Source: an uncultured Actinomycetes bacterium
Lineage (GTDB): Bacteria; Actinomycetota; UBA4738; HRBIN12
Length of the DNA: 64,000 bases
Direction: 5' to 3'
NCBI GenBank assembly: GCA_963704725.1
Contig: OY969934.1
Location: 1,760,001 to 1,824,000 of the forward strand
Made by a program: the position numbers and the translations under genes. The notes under the pieces were generated by a model that was not told where the DNA came from, searched no databases, and saw only the letters and a list, made by a program, of their open reading frames with translations. The number at the start of each line of letters is the position of its first letter. Position 1 is the first letter of the stretch. Positions 37,876 through 49,915 of this stretch are shown one piece after another.

Positions 37876-39192
37876 ATGACTCGTCGTGTGCTCATCATGG
37901 GTGCCGCAGGACGCGACTTCCACAACTTCAACGTCGCGTTCCGCGACGACCGGCGGTACGAGGTCGTCGCGTTCACCGCCACGCAGATCCCGTTCATCGT
38001 GGACCGGACCTACCCGGCCTCGCTCGCCGGCGAGGCCTATCCCAATGGCATCCCGATCCACGACGAGAGCGAGCTCACCTCGCTGATCAGCGACCGGGGC
38101 GTCGAGGACGTCGTGTTCAGCTACTCGGACGTGAGCCACGAGTACGTGATGCACAAGGCGAGCGAGGTGATCGCGGCCGGCGCCAGCTTCGTCCTGCTTG
38201 GCCCGCGCGACACGATGCTCCAGGCCGCCGTGCCCGTCGTCAGCGTGTGCGCCGTCCGGACGGGCTCCGGCAAGAGCCAGACCACCCGGGCCATCGCGCA
38301 GACGCTGAAGGCCGCGGGCAAGCGCGTCGTCGCCGTGCGCCACCCCATGCCGTACGGCGACCTCGAGGCGCAGCGGGTGCAGCGGTACGCCACCCTCGAG
38401 GACCTCGACCGCTACGACACCACCGTGGAGGAGCGCGAGGAGTACGAGCCGCACATCGCGACGGGCACGATCATCTACGCCGGCGTGGACTACGGCGACA
38501 TCCTGAAGCAGGCGCAGGGCGAGTGCGACGTCCTGCTGTGGGACGGCGGCAACAACGACCTGCCCTTCTACACGCCGGACGTCCACATCGTCGTGGCCGA
38601 TCCGCTCCGGGCGGGGCACGAGACGAGCTACCACCCCGGCGAGGCCAACCTGCGCATGGCGGACGTGATCGTGATCAACAAGATGGACTCGGCGACGCCG
38701 GAGCAGGTGGCGGCGCTGGCCGACACGATCGCCCGGGTGAACCCCGGGGCCACGGTCGTGCGGGCCAACAGCGCCGTCACGGTGGACGACCCCGGCGCCA
38801 TCGCCGGCAAGCGCGTGCTCGTGATCGAGGACGGCCCGACGCTCACGCACGGCGAGATGAAGTTCGGCGCCGGCGTCGTCGCCGCGCGGGCGCACGGGGC
38901 GGCCGAGATCGTCGACCCTCGGCCGTGGGCGACCGGGACGATCGAGGCCACGTTCCGCAAGTACGACGTGGGGCCGGTCCTGCCGGCGATGGGCTACTCG
39001 GACGGGCAGCTCGGGGAGCTCGAGAAGATCATCGACGCCGCCGACGTCGACCTCGTCGTCGTGGGGACGCCGATCGACCTGCGGCGCGTGATCGATATCC
39101 GCAAGCCCGCCGTCCGCGTGAGGTACGACCTCGAGGTCCTGCCCGACTCGCCGACACTCGCCGACATCCTGCGTCCGGTGCTCTCGGCGTGA
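37876..39192 (+). CDS. cDPG-synthase-like P-loop NTPase, probable arginine synthetase (ArcE family)
   Basis: IMGAAGRDFHNFN, AVRTGSGKSQTT, RHPMPYGDL, EEREEYE, WDGGNND, EDGPTLTHG; coupled to carbamate kinase. Confidence 0.8.
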   Translation: MTRRVLIMGAAGRDFHNFNVAFRDDRRYEVVAFTATQIPFIVDRTYPASLAGEAYPNGIPIHDESELTSLISDRGVEDVVFSYSDVSHEYVMHKASEVIAAGASFVLLGPRDTMLQAAVPVVSVCAVRTGSGKSQTTRAIAQTLKAAGKRVVAVRHPMPYGDLEAQRVQRYATLEDLDRYDTTVEEREEYEPHIATGTIIYAGVDYGDILKQAQGECDVLLWDGGNNDLPFYTPDVHIVVADPLRAGHETSYHPGEANLRMADVIVINKMDSATPEQVAALADTIARVNPGATVVRANSAVTVDDPGAIAGKRVLVIEDGPTLTHGEMKFGAGVVAARAHGAAEIVDPRPWATGTIEATFRKYDVGPVLPAMGYSDGQLGELEKIIDAADVDLVVVGTPIDLRRVIDIRKPAVRVRYDLEVLPDSPTLADILRPVLSA

Positions 39193-40127
39193 ACCGCGTC
39201 GTCGTCGCGCTCGGCGGGAACGCCCTGCTCCGGCGGGGCGAGGAGGACACGTTCGAGAACATGTACCGCTCGTCGCGCCTGGCTGCCGAGCGGATCGCGG
39301 ACATCGCCGCGGCCGGATGGGAGGTCGTGGTGACCCACGGCAACGGGCCCCAGGTGGGCCGCATCCTGCTGCAGCAGGAGGCCGCTCGGAAGTTCGTGCA
39401 CCCCATGCCGCTCGACGTGTGCGGCGCCCTGAGCCAGGGACAGATCGGCTACCTCCTGCAGGTGACGATCGGCGACGTCTTCTTCGAACGCGGCATGGAG
39501 CGTCCGGTGGCGACGATCCTCACGCTCACGCGCGTTCCGGTGGACGACCCCGCGTTCCGGGAGCCGACGAAGCCGATCGGTCCCTTCTACGAGCGCGACG
39601 TGGCCGAGCGGCTCGTCGCCGAGCAGGGGTGGGCCATGAAGCCCGACTCCCACGGCGGCTTCCGCCGAGTGGTTCCGTCGCCGGCCCCGTACTCGATCGT
39701 CGAGGCGCCGGTGATCCGGCGGTTGGTGGGGGACGGCGTGATCGTGATCGCCTCGGGTGGTGGCGGGGTCCCCGTGATCGAGGACGGGCCGCGCCTCGTC
39801 GGCGTGGAAGGCGTCGTCGACAAGGACTCCGCGGCGGCCATCCTGGCCGGCGACGTCGAGGCGACGATGCTCCTCATCCTCACGGACGTGCGACGGGTCC
39901 AGAGCGGGTTCGGGACCGAGGGCGCGCAGGAGCTGGAGCGCCTGAGCGTCGCGCAGGCGCGGGCGCTGTCGGAGAGCGGGGAGTTCGCCGCAGGGTCCAT
40001 GGGCCCGAAGATGCAGGCGGCGATCTCGTTCGTCGAGCGCGGGGGGGCTCGCGCGGCGATCGGCGACCTCGACGACGCGGTGGCGGTGCTCGAGGGGGCC
40101 GCCGGCACCACGGTCGTCCCCGGGTAG
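39189..40127 (+). CDS. arcC: Carbamate kinase
   Basis: VALGGNALL, THGNGPQVG, PTKPIGPFY, RRVVPSP, GGGGVPV, VVDKD, GSMGPK. Confidence 0.95.
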   Translation: MNRVVVALGGNALLRRGEEDTFENMYRSSRLAAERIADIAAAGWEVVVTHGNGPQVGRILLQQEAARKFVHPMPLDVCGALSQGQIGYLLQVTIGDVFFERGMERPVATILTLTRVPVDDPAFREPTKPIGPFYERDVAERLVAEQGWAMKPDSHGGFRRVVPSPAPYSIVEAPVIRRLVGDGVIVIASGGGGVPVIEDGPRLVGVEGVVDKDSAAAILAGDVEATMLLILTDVRRVQSGFGTEGAQELERLSVAQARALSESGEFAAGSMGPKMQAAISFVERGGARAAIGDLDDAVAVLEGAAGTTVVPG

Positions 40128-40136
40128 GCCCCTCGG

Positions 40137-40898
40137 CTAGCGGGGCTTCGCCGCGTCGAGCTCGAGGGCGAACGCGAGGATCCGTTCCCGCACGACGGGC
40201 GCGTCGTGGTCGAGCGTGACCACGTGGTAGGACCGCGGACACGGGACGAGCTCCGTGCGCTCGGACCCGATCTTCGCGAGCACCTTGCGGGCGTTGGCCT
40301 TCGGGATCACGTGGTCCGTGCCCGACTGGAACACCACGACCGGCTGCCGGATCGTGGGGAGCTCGGCGCGGACGAGCCTGGTGAGCGCGGCCATCTGCAG
40401 CGCGGCGGCCACCGGGATGCGGTCGTCGGCGTTCTCGTCGCGTCCCGGGAGCGCGATGTCGTTCGCCACGCCCCGGAGGTCGCGGGGGTACCACCGCACG
40501 ATCGGCGCGAACGCGTGGCGGGCGTCGAACACGTACGGGTTGGCGAGCGCGATGCCGTCCACGTCGTGCGGGCGAGACGCCGCGAGCGCCAGGACGATCG
40601 CCCCGCCCAGGGACTGCCCGAAGACGACGACCGTGCGAGCCCTGCGCCGCAGCTCGTCGAGCCCCCGTCCGGCCTCGTCCGTCCACTCGGTCCAGCGCCG
40701 CGTCCGGAGGTCGTCGAGGTTCGTCCCGTGCCCGGGCAGCCGAACGCCCTCGACGGCCAGTCCGTTGTCGGCGAGCCACTCGCCGATCGGTCGCATCGAC
40801 GCGGGGGAGCCGGTGAGCCCGTGGACGAGGAGGATGCCGACCGGTCCCTCGCCGATGGTGAACGGCTCGGCCCCGACGCGGACGGGCGGCGAGCTCAC
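40137..40898 (-). CDS. Alpha/beta hydrolase (carboxylesterase/monoacylglycerol lipase-like)
   Basis: HGLTGSP, LPGHG, GQSLGG nucleophile elbow, DHV, YHVVTLD. Confidence 0.88.
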   Translation of the reverse strand: MSSPPVRVGAEPFTIGEGPVGILLVHGLTGSPASMRPIGEWLADNGLAVEGVRLPGHGTNLDDLRTRRWTEWTDEAGRGLDELRRRARTVVVFGQSLGGAIVLALAASRPHDVDGIALANPYVFDARHAFAPIVRWYPRDLRGVANDIALPGRDENADDRIPVAAALQMAALTRLVRAELPTIRQPVVVFQSGTDHVIPKANARKVLAKIGSERTELVPCPRSYHVVTLDHDAPVVRERILAFALELDAAKPR

Positions 40899-40905
40899 CC
40901 CGGGA

Positions 40906-41043
40906 TCAGACGGACCGCTTGCGACGGCCGGGGTTCACGAACAGCGTCCCCACCATGTACAGGAACGCGAGGCCCACGGCGCCGGTGAGCGCGACCAGCA
41001 GCGCCAGGAAGGTCCACTCGAGCAGGCCCCAGGCGGCGAGCAC
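40906..41043 (-). CDS. 45-aa membrane peptide
   Basis: MLAAWGLLEWTFLALLVALTGAVGLAFLYMVGTLFVNPGRRKRSV*; TAGCAT -10 six nt upstream (leaderless); not in the ORF track. Confidence 0.65.
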   Translation of the reverse strand: MLAAWGLLEWTFLALLVALTGAVGLAFLYMVGTLFVNPGRRKRSV

Positions 41044-41068
41044 GGCGCCATGCTACTTCCTCGGGGCG

Positions 41069-41112
41069 GGGGCTACGCTCACTGGCTGCCGCTCGCTCGC
41101 TCCTCGAGCCCC
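41069..41112. repeat. 44-bp hairpin repeat, copy 2
   Basis: GGGGCTACGCTC-N9-CGCTCGCTCGCTCCTCGAGCCCC, stem extended by GGGGCG...GCACCCC. Confidence 0.7.
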
Positions 41113-41123
41113 CGCACCCCCGC

Positions 41124-42167
41124 TCAGGCGGGCAGCCCCGCGGCGGGGACGAGGATCTCCGCGTCGACCCACGTCACCCCGACGCCGAGGTACTGGGCGG
41201 CGGCTTGCGACAGGTCGATCACCCGCTCCAACCGCCCGTACGGGCCCCGGTCGTTCACCAGGACGAGGGCGCAGCGGTCCCCGCTGTGCACCCGCAGGAA
41301 CGTTCCGAACGGGAGCCACCGGTTGGCGGCGGTGAACAACCGGGGGTCGAAGATCGCGCCGGTGGCGGTGGGCTGGCCGCCGAACTCCCACCCGTACCAG
41401 CTCGCGTAGCCCTCGAAGGACTGGCCCGTCTCGACGAGCCCCTCGGGCGTCTCGCAGGTCCGGCCTCCGGTGGGACCGAGCAGCGCGAGCAGGCCGCTCT
41501 GGTCCTGGCCGTAGTCGATCACGTTCAGGTCCCAGCTCCCCGCGCGGGCCACGGCCGCGGCGACCGCCTCGCGCTGGGCCTCCAGCTCGGCTTCCAGGTG
41601 CGCGGCCTCGGCCAGCCGCTCGGCCTCGTCGACCTTGGTTTGCATCACGTCGAGCATCGAGCGGAGCCGTTCGAGCCTCGGCTCCATGGCCTGGCGCGCC
41701 GCCTCCGCCCGGGCCCGGCGCGCGAGGAGATCGGCCTCGGCGACGAGCGAGTCGCGAAGGGCCGAGTCGTCGAGCGAGATCGTCCGCGAGGCGTACTCGG
41801 AGATCGTGGCCATATCCGCGAAGCTCGGCGCGGCGAGCAGCGCCTCGAGGGACCCGGCGGGTCCGAACTGATAGGCGCTGCGGATCCGGGTTCGCAGACG
41901 TGCTGCGGCCTCGTCGACGGCCCGCTGGGCGGAGGCCGCGTCGCGGATCGCCACCACCGTCTCGAGCCAGGCCCGCCCCACCCCGGCCTCCAGCCGGTGG
42001 TAGCGGGCGAGCAGGACGTGGAGCTCGCGGTGCAGCTCCACCAGCCGATGGACCTCCGGCAGGTCTCCCGCCTCGTGCACGAGGCGCCCGATCCCGTGGG
42101 CGTGCGCGGGCACGGCGGGCAGGCTCGCCGCCAGGGCGAGGACGAGGGCGATGGCGCGTCGTCGCAT
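41124..42167 (-). CDS. Secreted coiled-coil protein with RlpA-like double-psi beta-barrel (lytic transglycosylase) domain
   Basis: Signal peptide ending PAHA, coiled coil, then GYASWYG...TATG...TAANRWLPFGT...VNDRGPY...IDLSQAAA. Confidence 0.85.
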   Translation of the reverse strand: MRRRAIALVLALAASLPAVPAHAHGIGRLVHEAGDLPEVHRLVELHRELHVLLARYHRLEAGVGRAWLETVVAIRDAASAQRAVDEAAARLRTRIRSAYQFGPAGSLEALLAAPSFADMATISEYASRTISLDDSALRDSLVAEADLLARRARAEAARQAMEPRLERLRSMLDVMQTKVDEAERLAEAAHLEAELEAQREAVAAAVARAGSWDLNVIDYGQDQSGLLALLGPTGGRTCETPEGLVETGQSFEGYASWYGWEFGGQPTATGAIFDPRLFTAANRWLPFGTFLRVHSGDRCALVLVNDRGPYGRLERVIDLSQAAAQYLGVGVTWVDAEILVPAAGLPA

Positions 42168-42293
42168 GCGCACGGGTCTACGCTCCCCAGGGTCGGGGCC
42201 GATGCCCGGCCGTACAATCGACCTCGACCCGCGGGAGCCTCTGCTTGAGCCCCGCACCCCGGCGCCACACCCTCGGGAGGAGCTCGGACCAGC

Positions 42294-43319
42294 GTGAAGC
42301 GGATCGGCATCCTGACGGGGGGCGGCGACTGTCCCGGCCTCAACGCGGCGATCCGGGCCGTCGTACGCAAGGCCGTCGGCGCTCAGGGGTGGGAGGTCCT
42401 GGGCTTCCGCGACGGCTGGCGCGGAGTGATGGGCGGCGGCGTCCAGCCGCTCACGGCCGAGTCGGTGCAGGGCATCCTGCACCGCGGCGGCACGATCCTC
42501 GGCAGTAGCGGCTCGAACCCGTACCTCGAGGGCGGCGTCGAGCGGCTCCGGGACGCGTTCCGCGACCTCGCGATCGACGGGATCATCGCGATCGGCGGCG
42601 AGGGCACGCTGGGGGCCGCGGCGGCGCTGACGCAGGACGGGCTGCCGGTGATCGGGATCCCCAAGACGATCGACAACGACCTCACGGGGACCGACACGTG
42701 CATCGGGTTCGCCACCGCGGTCCAGGTGGCGACCGACGCGATCGACCGCCTGCACACGACGGCGGAGAGCCACGACCGCCTGATGATCGTCGAGGTCATG
42801 GGCCGCAGCGCCGGGTGGATCGCGATCGAGTCCGGGATCGCCGGCGGCGCCGACGTGATCCTGATCCCCGAGAAGCCGTTCGACGTCGGCGAGGTGGCCA
42901 CGCATCTGCGCCGGCGGCACCTCCGGGGTCATTCGTTCTCGATCGTCGTCGTGGCGGAGGGTGCTTCTCCGGTGGAGGGGACGATGGACATGCCTGAGTA
43001 CGCCGTCGACGAGCGCGGGTTCACGAGGTTCGGCGGGATCGCCCAGACGCTCGCGCCGATTCTCGAGCGGGAGACCGGGTGGGAGGCCCGGGTGACGGTC
43101 CTCGGCCACGTGCAGCGGGGCGGCAGCCCGGTCGCCGCCGACCGGATCCTCGCCACGCGGTTCGGGACGGCGGCCGTCGACCTCGCGGCGAACGACGGAT
43201 GGGGGCGCATGGTCGCGGCCAGGGGAGAGGACATCGTCGACATCCCCCTGGCCGACGCGGCCAAGGCCCGCTCCGTGCCCAAGGAGCTCCTCGAGGTCGC
43301 CGAGGTCTTCTTCCTATGA
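42294..43319 (+). CDS. pfkA: 6-phosphofructokinase, ATP-type signature
   Basis: [35 protein letters not shown]; TACAAT -10 at 42213. Confidence 0.92.
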   Translation: MKRIGILTGGGDCPGLNAAIRAVVRKAVGAQGWEVLGFRDGWRGVMGGGVQPLTAESVQGILHRGGTILGSSGSNPYLEGGVERLRDAFRDLAIDGIIAIGGEGTLGAAAALTQDGLPVIGIPKTIDNDLTGTDTCIGFATAVQVATDAIDRLHTTAESHDRLMIVEVMGRSAGWIAIESGIAGGADVILIPEKPFDVGEVATHLRRRHLRGHSFSIVVVAEGASPVEGTMDMPEYAVDERGFTRFGGIAQTLAPILERETGWEARVTVLGHVQRGGSPVAADRILATRFGTAAVDLAANDGWGRMVAARGEDIVDIPLADAAKARSVPKELLEVAEVFFL

Positions 43320-43335
43320 GCGGGAGGTCGCGCAC

Positions 43336-44484
43336 ATGAAGGTCGGGATCCTGACGGGCGGGGGCGACGTTCCCGGTCTGAACGCGTGCATCAAGGCCGC
43401 GACGATGCGGGCGGTCGAGGAGGGACACGAGGTGGTCGGCATCCGCCGCGGGTGGGGCGGCCTGCTGAACTGCGATCCCGACGACGTCGAGTCCGTCGCC
43501 GCGAACATCGTGACCCTCGATCCCGCCGCCGTGCGCACGATCGACCGGACCGGTGGCACGGTCCTGCACACCTCGCGGACCAACCCCGCGAAGGTCCGGG
43601 CGTCGGAGGAGCCCTCGTTCCTGGCCGACGGGCGGGAGGGGGACGAGCGGCGCGACCACACGAACCACGTGCTCAAGGTGCTCGCCGCCCTGGGGATCGA
43701 GGCCATGATCCCGATCGGCGGGGACGACACGCTGTCGTTCGCCCTGCGCCTGCACGACGAAGGCGTGCCCGTCGTGGCGATCCCCAAGACCATGGACAAC
43801 GACGTCCACGGCACCGACTACTGCATCGGCTTCTCCACCGCCGTGACCCGCACCGTCAACTTCATCCACCAGCTCCGGACGAGCGCCGGCTCGCACGAGC
43901 GCCTGGCGGTGGTCGAGGTCTTCGGGCGCTACAGCGGCGAGACGTCGCTCGTGTCGGCCTACCTGTCCGGCGTGGAGCGCGCCATCATCTCGGAGGTCCC
44001 GTTCGAGATCGAGCGCCTCGCGTCGCTGCTGATGGACGACAAGCGCCGCAACCCGTCCGGCTACGCGATGATGACCATCTCCGAGGGCGCCACGGTCGTC
44101 GGCGGGGAGATGGTCCTCGGCGGCAAGGAGGACGCCTACGGGCATCGCAAGCTCGGCGGCGTCGGGCAGCTCGCCGGGGAGCTGCTGCACGAGATCACGG
44201 GCGAGGGCATCATCAACCAGCAGATCGGCTACCTCATGCGTTCGGGCTCGCCCGACTCGCTCGACCTCATGGTGGCGATCAACTACGCGGTGATGGCCGC
44301 CGACCTCCTGGTCCAGGGGCAGACCGGCCGGCTCGTGGCGCTGCGCAACGGCAACTACGCGAACGTCCCGATCGACGTGACCCGCCAGGGCGTGAAGCGC
44401 GTCGACGTCGGCGCGCTGTACGACGTCGGTCAGTACCGGCCCAAGATCCGCCACGTCGACGGCAAGCCGATGTTCCTGTACTGA
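43336..44484 (+). CDS. PfkA-family phosphofructokinase, PPi-type signature
   Basis: [27 protein letters not shown]. Confidence 0.88.
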   Translation: MKVGILTGGGDVPGLNACIKAATMRAVEEGHEVVGIRRGWGGLLNCDPDDVESVAANIVTLDPAAVRTIDRTGGTVLHTSRTNPAKVRASEEPSFLADGREGDERRDHTNHVLKVLAALGIEAMIPIGGDDTLSFALRLHDEGVPVVAIPKTMDNDVHGTDYCIGFSTAVTRTVNFIHQLRTSAGSHERLAVVEVFGRYSGETSLVSAYLSGVERAIISEVPFEIERLASLLMDDKRRNPSGYAMMTISEGATVVGGEMVLGGKEDAYGHRKLGGVGQLAGELLHEITGEGIINQQIGYLMRSGSPDSLDLMVAINYAVMAADLLVQGQTGRLVALRNGNYANVPIDVTRQGVKRVDVGALYDVGQYRPKIRHVDGKPMFLY

Positions 44485-44528
44485 CGGCGCCCGGGCGTTC
44501 GGCGCGCGGCCCATATACTGGCCCGACC

Positions 44529-45575
44529 GTGATCGAGTACCGGGTCGACCTGCGTTCGGACACCGTCACGAAGCCCTCGCCGGCCATGCGCCGCGCCATG
44601 GCCGAGGCCGAGGTGGGGGACGACTGGTTCGGGACCGACCCCACCGTCAACCTGCTGCAGGAGCGCGCGGCGGAGGCGGTCGGCAAGGAGGCCGCGCTCT
44701 ACGTCCCGACGGGGACGATGGCCAACCAGATCGGGCTCCGCCTGCACTTCCGGGGGACCGGCCACTTCGTGGTCGCCGAGCGTTCCTCCCACGTCGCGTC
44801 GACCGAGGTCATGAGCTCGGCGGTCCTGTCAGGGATCGCGTTCCGCCCGGTGGCCGGGGACGATCGCGGTCGGATCTCCGCCGAGCAGGTCGCCGCGGCG
44901 CTGGAGGAGGACGAGCCGTACGGCGTCGAGGTCGTCGACCTGGTGAGCGTGGAGAACACGCACGGGCACTCCGGCGGCACGGTGATGGCGGTCGAGGACC
45001 TCCGCGCGATCCGCAAGGTGGCAGAGGAGGCCGGTGTGCCGATCCACATGGACGGGGCCCGGATCTTCAACGCCGCCGCGGCGACGGGGCTCGACGTGAG
45101 CGAGTGGACCCGCGAGGTGGACACGCTCATGTTCTGCGTCTCCAAGGGGCTCGGGGCGCCGGTGGGCTCGCTGATCTGCGGGCCGGCCGAGCTCATGCCC
45201 GAGGCCCGTCGGCTGAAGATCCTGTTCGGGGGCGCCTGGCGGCAGGCCGGGGTGCTCGCCGCCGCGGGCCTGGTCGCGCTGGAGGAGGGTCCGAATCGCC
45301 TGCACGAGGACCACCGCCGGGCCCGGCGGCTGGCCGACGCGCTCGCCGAGATCGTCCCGGGTGGGATCGATCCCGTCTCGGTTGAAACGAACATGGTGTA
45401 TCTCGACACGGAGCCCCTGGGGATGACCCCGCTCGAGGCGATCAAGCGCCTCGAGGGCGAGGGCGTGGGGGCCACGCTCGTGTCCGGCAAGGTGCGGATG
45501 GTCACCCACGTCGACATCGCCGACGACGACGTCGAGACGGCGATCTCGGCGTGGCGCGCCGCCGTCGCCGGATGA
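44529..45575 (+). CDS. Low-specificity L-threonine aldolase (GntG/LtaE family)
   Basis: [14 protein letters not shown]...[34 protein letters not shown]. Confidence 0.9.
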   Translation: MIEYRVDLRSDTVTKPSPAMRRAMAEAEVGDDWFGTDPTVNLLQERAAEAVGKEAALYVPTGTMANQIGLRLHFRGTGHFVVAERSSHVASTEVMSSAVLSGIAFRPVAGDDRGRISAEQVAAALEEDEPYGVEVVDLVSVENTHGHSGGTVMAVEDLRAIRKVAEEAGVPIHMDGARIFNAAAATGLDVSEWTREVDTLMFCVSKGLGAPVGSLICGPAELMPEARRLKILFGGAWRQAGVLAAAGLVALEEGPNRLHEDHRRARRLADALAEIVPGGIDPVSVETNMVYLDTEPLGMTPLEAIKRLEGEGVGATLVSGKVRMVTHVDIADDDVETAISAWRAAVAG

Positions 45576-45585
45576 GGAGGACACC

Positions 45586-46209
45586 GTGAAGCTGTTCGGA
45601 CCGAAGCACCCGGAGGAGGTCGCCAAGCGGATCCCGCCGGGACAACGACTCGTGAAGACCTGGCCCGTGCTGCACTACGGGCCCATCCCGACCTCCGACG
45701 GAGCGAGCTGGGATCTCGAGGTCTCCGGGCTGGTCGAGGAGCCCTTCACGCTGACGCTGGCCGAGCTCAAGGCGCTCGGGCCGCAGGACGTGACGGCGGA
45801 CATGCACTGCGTCACCGGTTGGTCCACGCTCGACAACACGTGGACGGGCGTCCCGTTCCGGGTCCTCGCCGAGCGGGCGAGGCCGCAACCGGATGCGAAA
45901 TGGGTGATCGCGCACTGCGAGTACGGCTACACGTCGGACCTGTCGCTCGACGCGATGATGGACGACGACGTCCTCGTGGCGTGGGCCCACAGCGGCCAGG
46001 ACCTGACGCCCGACCACGGCTACCCGCTGCGCCTGGTCGTCCCGCAGCGCTACGCGTGGAAGAGCGCCAAGTGGCTCCGCGGGCTCGAGTTCTCCAAGCA
46101 CAACACGCGAGGCTTCTGGGAGGTGCGCGGGTACCACATCCACGCCGACCCCTGGCGCGAGGAGCGGTACAGCTACCAGGAGGGCCCCCGCGCCGAGCTC
46201 GAGGCGTGA
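45586..46209 (+). CDS. Sulfite oxidase-like molybdopterin oxidoreductase
   Basis: PPGQ...WPVLHYG, HCVTGWS, HGYPLRLVVP..YAWKSAKW, GFWE.RGYH. Confidence 0.88.
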   Translation: MKLFGPKHPEEVAKRIPPGQRLVKTWPVLHYGPIPTSDGASWDLEVSGLVEEPFTLTLAELKALGPQDVTADMHCVTGWSTLDNTWTGVPFRVLAERARPQPDAKWVIAHCEYGYTSDLSLDAMMDDDVLVAWAHSGQDLTPDHGYPLRLVVPQRYAWKSAKWLRGLEFSKHNTRGFWEVRGYHIHADPWREERYSYQEGPRAELEA

Positions 46210-46239
46210 GCCGCCGGCGCCCCCTCGTGTGATCGACCT

Positions 46240-47063
46240 CTAGGACGCCAGCGACCGGATCCTCTCGAGCTCGAGCCGGCGGCGCTCGCCGGAGGCCGGG
46301 GTCTCCACCACGAGGGACAGATCTCGGACCTCGGGCCGGTGCAGGATCGCCGCGAAGCCGGCCGGGCCGATCGAGCCCTCGCCGACGACCTCGTGACGGT
46401 CGCGACGCGAGCCGCGACCGTGCTTGGCGTCGTTGAGGTGGATCAGCGCCAGGCGGTCCGCGATCCCGGCCGATCCGAGCTCGTCGAACAGCGCGTCGAC
46501 GCCGGGCGGCTCGTCGAGCGCGTAGCCGGCGACGAACAGGTGACAGGTGTCGAGCACGAGGCCGAGGCGATCGTCGCCGACGGCCTCGAACAGGACGGCC
46601 GCCTCGCCCACGGTGGAGGCCACGGCGCCGCTCGTGGCGGCCATGAGCTCGACCAGCAGGCGGGTCTCGGCCGGCGTCTCCGCCAGGACCGCCCGCAGGA
46701 CGGTCGCCGCGCGCTCGACCGCCGCCTCCGGCTCGCCCGGGCCGCCGGAGCCGGCGTGGACGACGAAACCGCCGGCCCGCAGGACCCCGCACGCGCGAAC
46801 GGACTGCACGCACAGGCTCGACGACTTCTGCAGGAACTCCGGGTTCGGCGAGGCGATGTTGACGAGGTACGGCGCGTGGACGAACAGCGGCCCGATCTCG
46901 CCGGCGCGCCACTCCGCGCCGAACGCCTCCGCGGTCTCGAGGCGGGGGCCGGACCACGCCCGCGGGTTCGAGATGAACAGCTGCGCGGCCTCGGCGCCGA
47001 TCGCCCGCGCCGTCTCGACGGCGGTGCGCAGGCCCCCGGGCGTCCGGAGGTGCGCGCCGATCC

Positions 47064-47067
<4 letters not shown>
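46240..47067 (-). CDS. nfo: Endonuclease IV
   Basis: IGAH, QLFISNPRAW, HAPYLVNIAS, VVHAGS, LDTCH, HLND...DRHE, ETP. Confidence 0.9.
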
Positions 47068-48944
<1,877 letters not shown>

Positions 48945-49052
48945 GGTCGCCTCCCGTTGACTCGGTGCCGTTGCGGGCTGCTGGCTGGGGGCCGGGGGCG
49001 CGTCCGAGCACCCATCCTAGGACATCCCGGGCGGGGAACGAGGTAGGCGCCC

Positions 49053-49766
49053 GTGGGCGTTCCCGAGGGCGCGGCCGGCGATCGGGACGCGTTCGAGCGG
49101 ATCGAGCGAGCCGTCGCGCAGGGCCGTACGGACCTCGGAGCGCTCGGCTTCTGGCGGCTCCTCGCCGAGGTCAAGGCCGACCCGGAGCGCGCCGCTCGGG
49201 CGGCCGAGGTCGCGGGCCGGATCGACCGCGCGGCGTTCGAGCGGGCGGTGTCGTGGCGGGTGCCGGTCTGGGTCGGCAACGGTCTCCTCGTCCTGGGGAC
49301 GCTGGCCGGCGCGGGTGCCGTGGCGCTGGCGTTCCGCACCACGTCGGAGCCGGTGGCGGGCCTCGCCCTGCTCGTCGCAGGAGGCGTGTGGTCGGTCACG
49401 TTCCACGACCTGGCCCACTGGCTGGTCGGGCGAGCGGCCGGGATCCGGTTCACCTCCTACTTCGTGGGATGGAGGCCGCCGCCGCCCCGGCCCGGACTGA
49501 AGACCGACTACGCCACGTACCTGCGCGTCTCGCCCACGGCCCGGGTGTGGATGCACGCCTCGGGCGCGATCGCCACCAAGGTGGCGCCGTTCATCGCCCT
49601 GGCGTTCGTCCCGGCCACGGACGCGCCGCCGTGGGCGGGGTGGGGGTTGCTCGGCCTGGGCATCGTGGAGCTCGCCACCGACGCGCTGTTCTCCGTGCGC
49701 TCCAGCGACTGGAAGAAGGTCCGGCGCGAGCTCCGCCTGGCGCGGCGTGTGGCCGGGCGTCGCTGA
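49053..49766 (+). CDS. Hypothetical membrane protein
   Basis: About four hydrophobic helices; HDLAH resembles a degenerate HExxH. Confidence 0.65.
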   Translation: MGVPEGAAGDRDAFERIERAVAQGRTDLGALGFWRLLAEVKADPERAARAAEVAGRIDRAAFERAVSWRVPVWVGNGLLVLGTLAGAGAVALAFRTTSEPVAGLALLVAGGVWSVTFHDLAHWLVGRAAGIRFTSYFVGWRPPPPRPGLKTDYATYLRVSPTARVWMHASGAIATKVAPFIALAFVPATDAPPWAGWGLLGLGIVELATDALFSVRSSDWKKVRRELRLARRVAGRR

Positions 49767-49796
49767 CGGCGTTTGCGGTTATCCTGCGCCTCGGCA

Positions 49797-49912
49797 TCAC
49801 CGGGGAGCTCGGGCGACCGGGCTGAGAGGCGGGTTGGGTTCGGGGCCACAAGGCCCGGGAATCGGCGCCCGCGACCCGACGAACCTGAACCGGGTAACGC
49901 CGGCGGAGGGAG
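49797..49912 (+). ncRNA. TPP (thiamine pyrophosphate) riboswitch
   Basis: GGGGAGC...GCTGAGAG...GACCC...GAACCTGAACCGGGTAACGCCGGCGGAGGGAG directly upstream of thiE. Confidence 0.93.
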
Positions 49913-49915
49913 ACG

